Origin: a virus
Taxonomy: Duplodnaviria; Heunggongvirae; Uroviricota; Caudoviricetes
DNA length: 42,710 nucleotides
Direction: 5' to 3' (one strand)
IMG/VR virus record: IMGVR_UViG_2667528074_000004
Location: 1 to 42,710 of that record
Shown: positions 1 to 7,920 of the stretch, in pieces
Layout of the letters: each line of letters begins with the position of its first letter
Position numbering within the stretch: position 1 is the stretch's first letter
Notes under the pieces: generated by a model
Told to the model about the DNA's origin: nothing
What the model saw: only the letters and a program-made list of their open reading frames with translations
Databases searched by the model: none
Program-made: the position numbers and the translations under genes

Positions 1-489
1 TCATCTGGTCTGAACAGCCGGAGGCGTAGGCCATTCAATATCGGGCGCACTGGAGGTATCGACCACTTCCAGCGCGTCCAGATAATCCAGCCACAAATTA
101 TATTGCTCCAGTTCGTCATCTTTCAGACGACCAATAACTGCTTTACCGGGCCATTGTTTACTGTTCATATAATTGTTAGCCTGATTAATCAATTGCTGCT
201 TTTCCAGTTCGGCTGCAGCAATCTGTTCCTCATGTGTTGGTGGTGGTATATCCACCCAAGCAGGCATCCCGTCATCCCCCACACCAATAGTTTTTCCTTC
301 CGGTGGCTGTCCGGTAAATTCGGCTGATACCTCATCAGAAACATCAATACCATTCTCAGGCCACATGCCAACTTCCTGATATTCGGTCTGGAGGGCGTAA
401 GCCAGTAGCCGCACATTGTTTGCATCCCAGACAAAGCCGTGAATGCGGTGAGGCTCCGGAAGAGTCTTGTCTTCATTTTTAGTTGTCAT
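1..489 (-). CDS. tfa: Tail fibre assembly protein (Tfa-like chaperone)
   Basis: 162-aa ORF; C-terminal motif ...NLWLDYLDALEVVDTSSAPDIEWP... typical of lambdoid/Mu tail fibre assembly proteins; stop codon at positions 1-3. Confidence 0.8.
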   Translation of the reverse strand: MTTKNEDKTLPEPHRIHGFVWDANNVRLLAYALQTEYQEVGMWPENGIDVSDEVSAEFTGQPPEGKTIGVGDDGMPAWVDIPPPTHEEQIAAAELEKQQLINQANNYMNSKQWPGKAVIGRLKDDELEQYNLWLDYLDALEVVDTSSAPDIEWPTPPAVQTR

Positions 490-491
490 AA

Positions 492-1283
492 TTAATATCC
501 AATAGCAAAAAAATAAGCGTCAGAAAGATTAGAGTCGGGGCTTGTGCCTGACGTTAAGCAAGTTACGGCATTGAAACCTGTTGCTGTGACTGATTCGCAT
601 GACGTCACAACTTGCGCATAAGTTGCCTTTGTGCAGAAAACACCCCAGATATTCGTCGGGAACGGTGTCGGATAGGTGACAGGGATTGTTGTCGGCATAC
701 CAATTGATGTTGAGTTGGCAAGCCTGCGCCGAAAGACCTGGATAATTAAACCATTGGGAAGTTTAGCTAACAGATTGTCAGAGCCTTTCCCTGTAAGCTG
801 GAAATAACTCATATCAGGTATTTCAAACGATTGAGTATTACCGACATTACGGCCAGATGCTGTACCGAGTTGTAATATTTGATTTATATCATTAGCTTGC
901 TTCACCCAGCCAGTTGTAACTGAGTTAGGATTGGTCGTATTCCCATTGGTGGTGCAGCGATATACTGTTTTAAGATCATCCCCCAACACAAAGGAACCTG
1001 CAGGATAACCACCAATGGCAGTTGCAAATTCCGAATCATAAGTATTCATTGCCCCTGCGCTAAACCATCGGCATAGGGATGATAATTCATACAAAATTTG
1101 GTTCATGTCCTGCCCTCTTGGAGGTAATCCTCCAGCGGATTTCAGGATCATAGTAATTGGTGGGAAACCCAAATCATAAGAAGCGGTATTATCACCGGCT
1201 GGCGTGGTTGTAAGTAATGGCTCTCTCTGCCCATTTACACCAAATGGTTTAGCCTGTTTGGCTGGTGAGTCTGTGCGATTCAT
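492..1283 (-). CDS. Putative tail fibre protein
   Basis: 263-aa Gly/Thr/Ser/Asn-rich ORF immediately upstream of tfa, 3 nt spacing; position equals Mu S / tail fibre. Confidence 0.55.
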   Translation of the reverse strand: MNRTDSPAKQAKPFGVNGQREPLLTTTPAGDNTASYDLGFPPITMILKSAGGLPPRGQDMNQILYELSSLCRWFSAGAMNTYDSEFATAIGGYPAGSFVLGDDLKTVYRCTTNGNTTNPNSVTTGWVKQANDINQILQLGTASGRNVGNTQSFEIPDMSYFQLTGKGSDNLLAKLPNGLIIQVFRRRLANSTSIGMPTTIPVTYPTPFPTNIWGVFCTKATYAQVVTSCESVTATGFNAVTCLTSGTSPDSNLSDAYFFAIGY

Positions 1284-1285
1284 AT

Positions 1286-1924
1286 TTAATCTCTATAAAA
1301 TGTGCCGTCATTAAATGGATATGCATCCGTAGAAAAACCAAAGTATGGGCTTACAATTTGCCTGATATTCAACTGAACGCCACTTGGTACAGGGGTGACA
1401 TCGTAATTTGTTAAAATAGATTCTTCGTATGGAGCAAGTGCGAATTCAAAAGTAATGCCAATTGTCATATCTCTGTAATTTACGCAGTATACCCTCCCTC
1501 GCTGGTAAAAAAGTATTTTAAGGAATTTATTTATATCTGGAATGGTTGCGATGCTTATATTTGTAAAGGCTTTGCAAAAAATCAATGTTCTGTAAGCATC
1601 ATCACCAAGTCTGACATTCGTTGTTTCCTGAATCCCCCCGTAAAACGGAGAATCATTAAATGGTGATGGGTAATCAGGGTTCCCATCATCTGATTCGCTA
1701 AATCCAAATGAATCACTGTCAATTGGAGCGACAATGTATCTGCTTATACCTACTATTTTCCCCCACATATCAAGGCCAAAAGATTCACACGTTGTCAAAT
1801 CCCATACCTTTTTGATGAATTCATCTGTGAAGTCATCGAGGCTTACCGCCTGATTAAAAGTGTCAATGATAGATAATAGTTTTTTGCTTGCCGAGTATTG
1901 GGTAAGAATTGTGTCTTCCCACAT
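1286..1924 (-). CDS. Tail/baseplate protein (Mu gp48 / YmfQ-like)
   Basis: 212-aa ORF in baseplate cluster; position and size consistent with Mu gp48-type protein. Confidence 0.5.
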   Translation of the reverse strand: MWEDTILTQYSASKKLLSIIDTFNQAVSLDDFTDEFIKKVWDLTTCESFGLDMWGKIVGISRYIVAPIDSDSFGFSESDDGNPDYPSPFNDSPFYGGIQETTNVRLGDDAYRTLIFCKAFTNISIATIPDINKFLKILFYQRGRVYCVNYRDMTIGITFEFALAPYEESILTNYDVTPVPSGVQLNIRQIVSPYFGFSTDAYPFNDGTFYRD

Positions 1925-1934
1925 ACCGCCCCCC

Positions 1935-3164
1935 CTACGATAATGTAACAGTGATATCTGATTCCTGAATGGTTGGAACCTGGTCTATGCCCATAGTCAC
2001 AGCAGGTCCGTATAGCGAACCATCGAGAGAGACTTCAAGAGACAAAATGCCAACTGTATCAGGAGATATTGAAATAACAGGAGCATAGTATTTACCAGCA
2101 TTTATCGTAGAACCAATTCGTGCCTTTCCAATACCCTCATACCCTCCATTGAATACAGTGGCAACTATTTTCTTTACTTGCTTAGTTATATCACTTGGGG
2201 GGTTTAGTGAGGCATCAATATTTACCTTAAAGTAAACCCGAGTAGGTGATGCCTTTTGCCATTGCATTACGTAAGATGGATATGGTGGCATGTAATTAAC
2301 GTTATCGTAAACAGTGAACGTTGTATCACCATTCATATTGGCTCCGGGGTTATAAGTATTGAATATTGACTCAGCAACATCAGTATCAGCACCGCCATAA
2401 ACACAAATATAAACAGAATGCGCAAGAATCGGGAAATTCGTTGTTCCTTTATTTACTGTTTCTGCAGTTCTGTTTGACCATACGTAAGCATCAAGCACAC
2501 CATCAGTCGCAAGTAACGCGGCTAATGTAGATGCGTCCTGATTTCGACTGTTTCTGGCAACTGATTGTCTCCGGCGAGTTTCAAAGGCGATCCGTGATTC
2601 AACATCAACACCAACGACTCCAGGGCTAGTATTATTTACAGCATCCCACCCGGAAACGGCTCGATAAATCTGGTTCAGTGAACCTGCGGCACACGGAATC
2701 GGCCCGGTTGTTGTGTTGACAAACTGCACATCAACAGAGCCTGATGAGGGTATTACAGCATTATCAATTGACTGATATATATACCCGCTCGTATCCACAG
2801 CGGTACTCCCTGCTGGTATTGTTGTTCCAACCTGACCAATGCATGTTGCTGTAACAACTGTCCCCTGAGCAGCGATCCGCTCCATAAAGTAAATCCGACC
2901 AATCCCGTCCTGGAATCTGCCGGTTGAAAAGTCAGGGTTAATTTGATTAAACAAACAAAGAAGCTTGTCGTATTCCTGAGCGATAATTTCAGTGTCAGAC
3001 TGGGCGATCTGCCCTTGCGGTGAACTCAGTGACTGACTTGCGCCACCGCCAAGGGCCGTTGACATGTCTGTAAGTCTTCCCGCCAATACATCTGCTATAT
3101 CGGGGACTGAAAGACCGTTTTCAGTGATGGTTACATCAGGAACAGCCGTATTTAATGTCGTCAT
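1935..3164 (-). CDS. Baseplate J-like protein
   Basis: 409-aa ORF, synteny with Mu gp47 / baseplate J family. Confidence 0.6.
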   Translation of the reverse strand: MTTLNTAVPDVTITENGLSVPDIADVLAGRLTDMSTALGGGASQSLSSPQGQIAQSDTEIIAQEYDKLLCLFNQINPDFSTGRFQDGIGRIYFMERIAAQGTVVTATCIGQVGTTIPAGSTAVDTSGYIYQSIDNAVIPSSGSVDVQFVNTTTGPIPCAAGSLNQIYRAVSGWDAVNNTSPGVVGVDVESRIAFETRRRQSVARNSRNQDASTLAALLATDGVLDAYVWSNRTAETVNKGTTNFPILAHSVYICVYGGADTDVAESIFNTYNPGANMNGDTTFTVYDNVNYMPPYPSYVMQWQKASPTRVYFKVNIDASLNPPSDITKQVKKIVATVFNGGYEGIGKARIGSTINAGKYYAPVISISPDTVGILSLEVSLDGSLYGPAVTMGIDQVPTIQESDITVTLS

Positions 3165-3520
3165 AAGGTGGCCTGTGCAATATTACCATTGATATCTGTA
3201 ACGCGGATTGTCCCGCGAGTTGTGCGTGTATTCTTGTCAAAGAAAACTGACGCCAGAGCATCCTCAACGACGGGTAATTTGAGTGCTTCAGCCTGCATTT
3301 TCTGAGCAATAAAACCAGGAGATGGTCGCCTGCCAAGAACTTCTGCCTTCCATGGGATCCCAAGTGTATTGTCGTAATAACACTCTCCTGAAAACACCAG
3401 GCATGCACTGGCGACATCCTGAGCAACAGAATATGATTCTTCTGCGATCGCCAGATTGCCATTTCCGTCAAGCGTCAAGTCCCACGTAGATGTGTCCAGT
3501 TGCATAGTTCTGTATGTCAT
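3161..3520 (-). CDS. Baseplate wedge protein (gp46/W-like)
   Basis: 119-aa ORF, 4-nt overlap with downstream J-like gene; synteny. Confidence 0.45.
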   Translation of the reverse strand: MTYRTMQLDTSTWDLTLDGNGNLAIAEESYSVAQDVASACLVFSGECYYDNTLGIPWKAEVLGRRPSPGFIAQKMQAEALKLPVVEDALASVFFDKNTRTTRGTIRVTDINGNIAQATL

Positions 3521-4209
3521 GTCGGTTTATCCGTTGCATTGGAATTTATTGTTGCCCCACCACTTTGTACACCTGAAACAGAATGTTTGTGATTGTTATA
3601 ATTGTCCCTTAAATTTTTAACAGTAGATGACTGTGAACTTGCGTTATCCTGAATATCACCGCTAACTTTAAGTAAAGGAGTATTCATGTTGACTCCACCA
3701 GGAGCATCAATATTTAACGATGAACATTTAATATTTAGTGGGTTAGGCGTGGTTATGTTTATTGCACCATCAGCAAATTCAATGAATTGAGTAGGTGCAA
3801 TATTTAATACCCCACCAAGATAAATTGCATCAGATTTACTGTGTCGCCTTTTGCTTCCAGGTACTGATTCTTTACGATTTTTTCTTACCAGTGATGTGTC
3901 TTTGTCGCAGACCGCAATCAGACCAATATCACCTGCCACAGGGTCCATAATTACAGCACTGTTACCTCTCTGTAACCGCCATACAGGAATATCATATAAA
4001 ACCGAGTTGGAAATCATTTTTCCTGTACGGTCTGTTCTGGTAAGCAAAGGAAGAGCATCAACAACTAAATCTGGTGCCTCACCCCTGACTTCCTGAACTT
4101 TTGCTAACTCAATGAAGAAATATCCAGACATCAGCATCTCAAAAATATATTCCTGAGATTGAGCCTCACTTACCTGAGCAGGAGTTGGAGTAAATAGTTG
4201 CTTATCCAT
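3517..4209 (-). CDS. Baseplate spike/assembly protein (V-like)
   Basis: ORF-track ORF 3517-4302 trimmed to internal ATG at 4209 (MDKQLF...) that directly abuts the stop of the upstream gene at 4202-4204. Confidence 0.45.
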   Translation of the reverse strand: MDKQLFTPTPAQVSEAQSQEYIFEMLMSGYFFIELAKVQEVRGEAPDLVVDALPLLTRTDRTGKMISNSVLYDIPVWRLQRGNSAVIMDPVAGDIGLIAVCDKDTSLVRKNRKESVPGSKRRHSKSDAIYLGGVLNIAPTQFIEFADGAINITTPNPLNIKCSSLNIDAPGGVNMNTPLLKVSGDIQDNASSQSSTVKNLRDNYNNHKHSVSGVQSGGATINSNATDKPT

Positions 4210-5191
4210 TATTCTGTTGCGCCTCTGTTCTTTGTTCCGCTGTTCTGGCGGCAATACATATTGAGTGCCATGAACCATTTGGCATCCATGATGATAATTC
4301 ATGCCGAACGGAGGTTAACTTATACCTTCCGCTTGCATGTGGTAGTTCTGTTTTGATATCCACATATCTTCCAATGCAAAGGAGAGATGAATATTGCGTC
4401 TGAAACATCAGTCCCCCATTTGAAAATACAGGATATCCAACAAGTCCGTATTCTCTGGATATAAACGGAATTACATCGTCTCTGTTTTTTTCTGAAGGCC
4501 AGAACTCTACTTTTGTCGGTGGCGTAGCTGACATCGCCAGTCCATAATCTGAACAGACCCTATAAAGTTGCTCAAAAACACTTCCTTCAAAATGCGGACT
4601 TCCTGATGTTGTCATCCCTTTTACATTATTAAACACAGCTTCATAACCTGCACTTGCACAAATGGATGAGATGACATCTTCAACACTTTGCGCCCCCTGC
4701 GCTGTAAACGGGCTTGCTGGCATGTTCTGTAAATCAACATTAGAAGAGGCTGTTATCATCAGACTGCTTTCAGGAGCAGAATTCATGTTTGCTATTGATG
4801 AAAGCATCGTGCCGGAGAAAACAAGAGAATCATCAGCAAATACCTCAACATTTAACTTCTGACCTTCCCCAACAATACCATCAGCCTTCCCTGATATATC
4901 AGCAAGTCTTTCGATTCCTAACCCGTAAAGAGATATATCAGCCTGAGCACCTCCCCGACCGGTAACAAAGTTCAGGGATACTGTTGACTTAACATTTCTG
5001 ATGGAGATTTTATTGTTCCCATTTTTATCAAATGCTGATGATTCATTCGTGAAGTCAAACCGAAGACTGTGATTTTTATACAAGCTCGTTTTCCTCGATG
5101 TAATACAGCAAGTAACGGCTACCCAAACCTTCCCATCGCGGGTCCGATTCCCCATCATTATCAATGAAAATAAGGTCTCCCTTAAATCCAA
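4202..5191 (-). CDS. Baseplate/tail protein (Mu gp44-like); start uncertain
   Basis: 329-aa ORF; its 5-prime end overlaps ORF 5076-5378 so the true start may be internal. Confidence 0.45.
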   Translation of the reverse strand: MDLRETLFSLIMMGNRTRDGKVWVAVTCCITSRKTSLYKNHSLRFDFTNESSAFDKNGNNKISIRNVKSTVSLNFVTGRGGAQADISLYGLGIERLADISGKADGIVGEGQKLNVEVFADDSLVFSGTMLSSIANMNSAPESSLMITASSNVDLQNMPASPFTAQGAQSVEDVISSICASAGYEAVFNNVKGMTTSGSPHFEGSVFEQLYRVCSDYGLAMSATPPTKVEFWPSEKNRDDVIPFISREYGLVGYPVFSNGGLMFQTQYSSLLCIGRYVDIKTELPHASGRYKLTSVRHELSSWMPNGSWHSICIAARTAEQRTEAQQNNG

Positions 5192-5378
5192 GGTAGGAAT
5201 ATCTTACCATCTTATTCCCATGCAGACATGGAACGCCCTGCATAATTGGGACTTCATTAACAGTTAAATCCATGTACATAAAACTCTGTCGCTGAACAAG
5301 TTTTATATTACATTGCTGACCAGCCAGACTTACCGAAATGGACTGAGATTTGCTGGGAAGAACAGATACTGTAATCAT
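5076..5378 (-). CDS. Hypothetical tail protein
   Basis: 100-aa ORF packed between tail genes, 4-nt overlap with upstream gene. Confidence 0.35.
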   Translation of the reverse strand: MITVSVLPSKSQSISVSLAGQQCNIKLVQRQSFMYMDLTVNEVPIMQGVPCLHGNKMVRYSYLGFKGDLIFIDNDGESDPRWEGLGSRYLLYYIEENELV

Positions 5379-6190
5379 GTACTCGCCTTAACTATATTTT
5401 TTGCAATATCTGCCGCTTTTTTTGTTGCGCTGTTTGTGACTTCGAGTATTGGTTTGGATACCGTATCAAGAGCACTCTGGAATTCAGTCTTGATTGTGTC
5501 GGAGATTTTTCCAGTGATTTCGCCAACAGATGACTTCAGTGATGACCATGATTTACTTAGCTCATCGACAGTAGATTCCCTGGCTCCGCCATTGGTTATT
5601 TGCGGATCAACTCCTACATCTCCCTGTGACTTATTGTTATCCGTTGGCTTCTGTTCTGACTGAGATCCAGAGAGGATAACCTCCATTTGCTGAATGACCT
5701 CCTGAAAATCAAGATAAACCGTCAGAAGAGTCACCCCCTTTTGAGAGTTAACTTCGTAATAGTGGTCAACAAGGTCGAAACTCTCCAGAGTTTCCTTTGG
5801 CGTTTCAATATCGTATGTTTTTGCAGAGGACAGCATCGTTTTGATTGTGTTCAGCGTGCTGTTCTGGCTTGTGAATGTGAGATCGAAAATATTCGGGATG
5901 TTGCCGGAAAAACCAGTAAGACCATTTACGATGATTGCACATCTTACTCTGGCTGGTTCTTTAACTTTGTTGATGGACTGGTATTTCCCTTTCTCCACCG
6001 GAGCGTTTGTTATTTGCGCCCTTCCGCTTGGCTGTACGGATGCCATACCACTGAACTCAAGAGCAACCTCGCCAGTTTCCCTGTCACGAATCACATACTG
6101 AGGATGCAGAACGCTGTCGATGATCGAAAGCGGAGAGCCACCACCGATAGCATTGAATATGTCTGCTGTGTTTAAATCGATTATGCCCAT
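5375..6190 (-). CDS. Tail/baseplate structural protein
   Basis: 271-aa ORF at the position of Mu gp43 (N) relative to tape measure. Confidence 0.4.
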   Translation of the reverse strand: MGIIDLNTADIFNAIGGGSPLSIIDSVLHPQYVIRDRETGEVALEFSGMASVQPSGRAQITNAPVEKGKYQSINKVKEPARVRCAIIVNGLTGFSGNIPNIFDLTFTSQNSTLNTIKTMLSSAKTYDIETPKETLESFDLVDHYYEVNSQKGVTLLTVYLDFQEVIQQMEVILSGSQSEQKPTDNNKSQGDVGVDPQITNGGARESTVDELSKSWSSLKSSVGEITGKISDTIKTEFQSALDTVSKPILEVTNSATKKAADIAKNIVKAST

Positions 6191-6202
6191 CTACTCTCCA
6201 TT

Positions 6203-6228
6203 AAACAAAAAACCCACCTGACGGTGGG
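6203..6228 (-). terminator. Rho-independent terminator after the 355-aa moron
   Basis: On minus strand: stem CCCACC, loop GTCA, stem GGTGGG, followed by TTTTTTGTTT (plus-strand aacaaaaaacccacctgacggtgggtt). Confidence 0.6.
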
Positions 6229-6234
6229 TTACTG

Positions 6235-7242
6235 TTACTTGTCTGAATCATCCAGTTCGTCTGTTTTCACATCCTCAAACCTTGGATGCAGGCGATTCAT
6301 TTTTGCAATAAAATCTGAATAGTCGTTAGATAGCTTCATAATCGTAACGGTTGATGACAGATGCTCTCTTAATTTTTGATATCCAATATTTGGCGTCAGC
6401 CCCTGAAACAACTTTGTACCTTTTGAAGCCTTTACGTTCTGCTTTTTAAGCTCCTCAAGGATGTTTGGTGCCAATCGCTTGTAGACGATATCATTTGTCA
6501 AAACGCCAAAATACTGAGGCCGGAAGCGGGGATTTTCCGGCGGGTATTCAAAGCCCCTTAACCTGAAAAGCTCTTCATAATAATCAGCCGGAAATGTTGT
6601 AATATAAGGTTGAATTTCCTTTGCGACAAAGGCCTCGAGTATTTTGGCGAGCGCATCTTTTTCTCTATCTCGCTGGTACCCCGTCGCTTCATCAACAAGC
6701 GCTATTATTCCGACTTTAGCTAATGAGCGCACCAGAATTTCAGCTTTTTTGGCTGTCTCTAACTGGTTTGGCCTGGTGATAGCGCCTGCCTCTCTTGCCT
6801 TTAAATAAACATCGCAAACAAGAGGTATTATGGATGCGTCATAACCTTCTTGGACGGAGCCAGTAATCGTCTTGTATTTGACCTTATTGATCACATCCAT
6901 AACATCTTGATTTATATATTTTTTAAGGTTTGCAGCATCCATAAAAGCGGGCATATTGATCACCCCCTCTTCTTGAGGTGCTCTACCCCCTCTTTGTGGT
7001 CGGCCAAATGCTTTAAAAACAGAAGCTTGTGATATGATACGCCGTCCATTTTCGAGAACCGCGACATCTAATTCCGCATCACCGATCTTTAACTTTCCCT
7101 CATTCGCAGATACGGGCAATAAAGCTTTTTCTTTTTTTGCGGCAACAGCCTTTCTTGAGGATTCTTTTCTTTGCTCTGCTGTCATTTTTGCGGCGCGTGC
7201 CTTACCGCCTTTAGCCTTCCCACTAACATCATCATTTTTCAT
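6235..7242 (-). CDS. Hypothetical protein, Lys/Ala-rich basic N-terminus plus conserved C-terminal domain (possibly P63C-like); moron inside tail operon
   Basis: ORF-track ORF 6235-7302; I place the start at ATG 7242 (MKNDDVSGKAKGGKARAAK...) but 7248 or 7302 are possible; followed by own terminator. Confidence 0.5.
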   Translation of the reverse strand: MKNDDVSGKAKGGKARAAKMTAEQRKESSRKAVAAKKEKALLPVSANEGKLKIGDAELDVAVLENGRRIISQASVFKAFGRPQRGGRAPQEEGVINMPAFMDAANLKKYINQDVMDVINKVKYKTITGSVQEGYDASIIPLVCDVYLKAREAGAITRPNQLETAKKAEILVRSLAKVGIIALVDEATGYQRDREKDALAKILEAFVAKEIQPYITTFPADYYEELFRLRGFEYPPENPRFRPQYFGVLTNDIVYKRLAPNILEELKKQNVKASKGTKLFQGLTPNIGYQKLREHLSSTVTIMKLSNDYSDFIAKMNRLHPRFEDVKTDELDDSDK

Positions 7243-7283
7243 GAGCATATCTCGTGTTGTGATTGATAAGTCAATCATACACA

Positions 7284-7301
7284 TGCACGTTATAGCGTGC
7301 A
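7284..7301. promoter_or_regulatory. Perfect palindrome TGCACG-ttatag-CGTGCA in divergent intergenic region (candidate operator)
   Basis: Read directly; a second copy of ATGCACGT lies at 7312-7319. Confidence 0.3.
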
Positions 7302-7453
7302 ATATTTAAATATGCACGTAAATTGCGAATCAGATAATGAGGAGACTTTCTCCCCCTTGCACTGACATCATGGTATCCTGCGCAAAACTAACCGCTGCGT
7401 GCTTTTGCTTCAGTTAACGGATACAAACAGAGGAAAATTTACAAGGGGAAAGA

Positions 7454-7912
7454 ATGAAATCCAGATTTTTCACAATAGCAATATTTTCTTCCGTTCTTCT
7501 ATCACTCGCAGCTTATGCTGCATCCGACAAAGATAAGGAAAAAATGATGTCTTTAATAAAAGATGCTTCTCCTTATGTTGCAGGCATGGGTAAAAGCATT
7601 GATGAAGTTTGTCAGGATATGGCTAACGACATGGTAAAAAAGTATGGAAATCAACTTAGTGCTATTGGCAAGTCACCGTCAGATATACGAGATTCATCGT
7701 ATGGTATATGCTTTGACGCTGCATCTTCAGCATCATTATCGCAATCCATAGAAGAAGTAAGCATGTGGAAAAATGCAGCAATGCAAAACATTAACGCCAC
7801 ATTCCGAGGCGAGAATGAGCAATCTCCCGCACGAAAATTTCTCGTTGAGACAATTGATCACTCTGAGAAAATGGCAAAAACAATTGCATTCATGCGGGAA
7901 ATTAGTCAATAG
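7454..7912 (+). CDS. Secreted/periplasmic protein of unknown function (signal peptide); opposite-strand moron
   Basis: 152-aa ORF; N-terminus MKSRFFTIAIFSSVLLSLAAYAASDK has the n-h-c pattern of a Sec signal peptide with AYA-A cleavage site; SD aaggggaaag upstream; AT-rich; only plus-strand gene inside the minus-strand tail module. Confidence 0.6.
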   Translation: MKSRFFTIAIFSSVLLSLAAYAASDKDKEKMMSLIKDASPYVAGMGKSIDEVCQDMANDMVKKYGNQLSAIGKSPSDIRDSSYGICFDAASSASLSQSIEEVSMWKNAAMQNINATFRGENEQSPARKFLVETIDHSEKMAKTIAFMREISQ

Positions 7913-7920
7913 CAAATCTG

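Noticed and set aside
103-476. ORFs 103-327 (plus) and 189-476 (minus) overlapping tfa
   Set aside because: Fully nested in the well-supported tfa reading frame, no independent signals
3136-3471. 111-aa minus-strand ORF overlapping the gp46-like and J-like genes
   Set aside because: Alternative frame inside two syntenic structural genes
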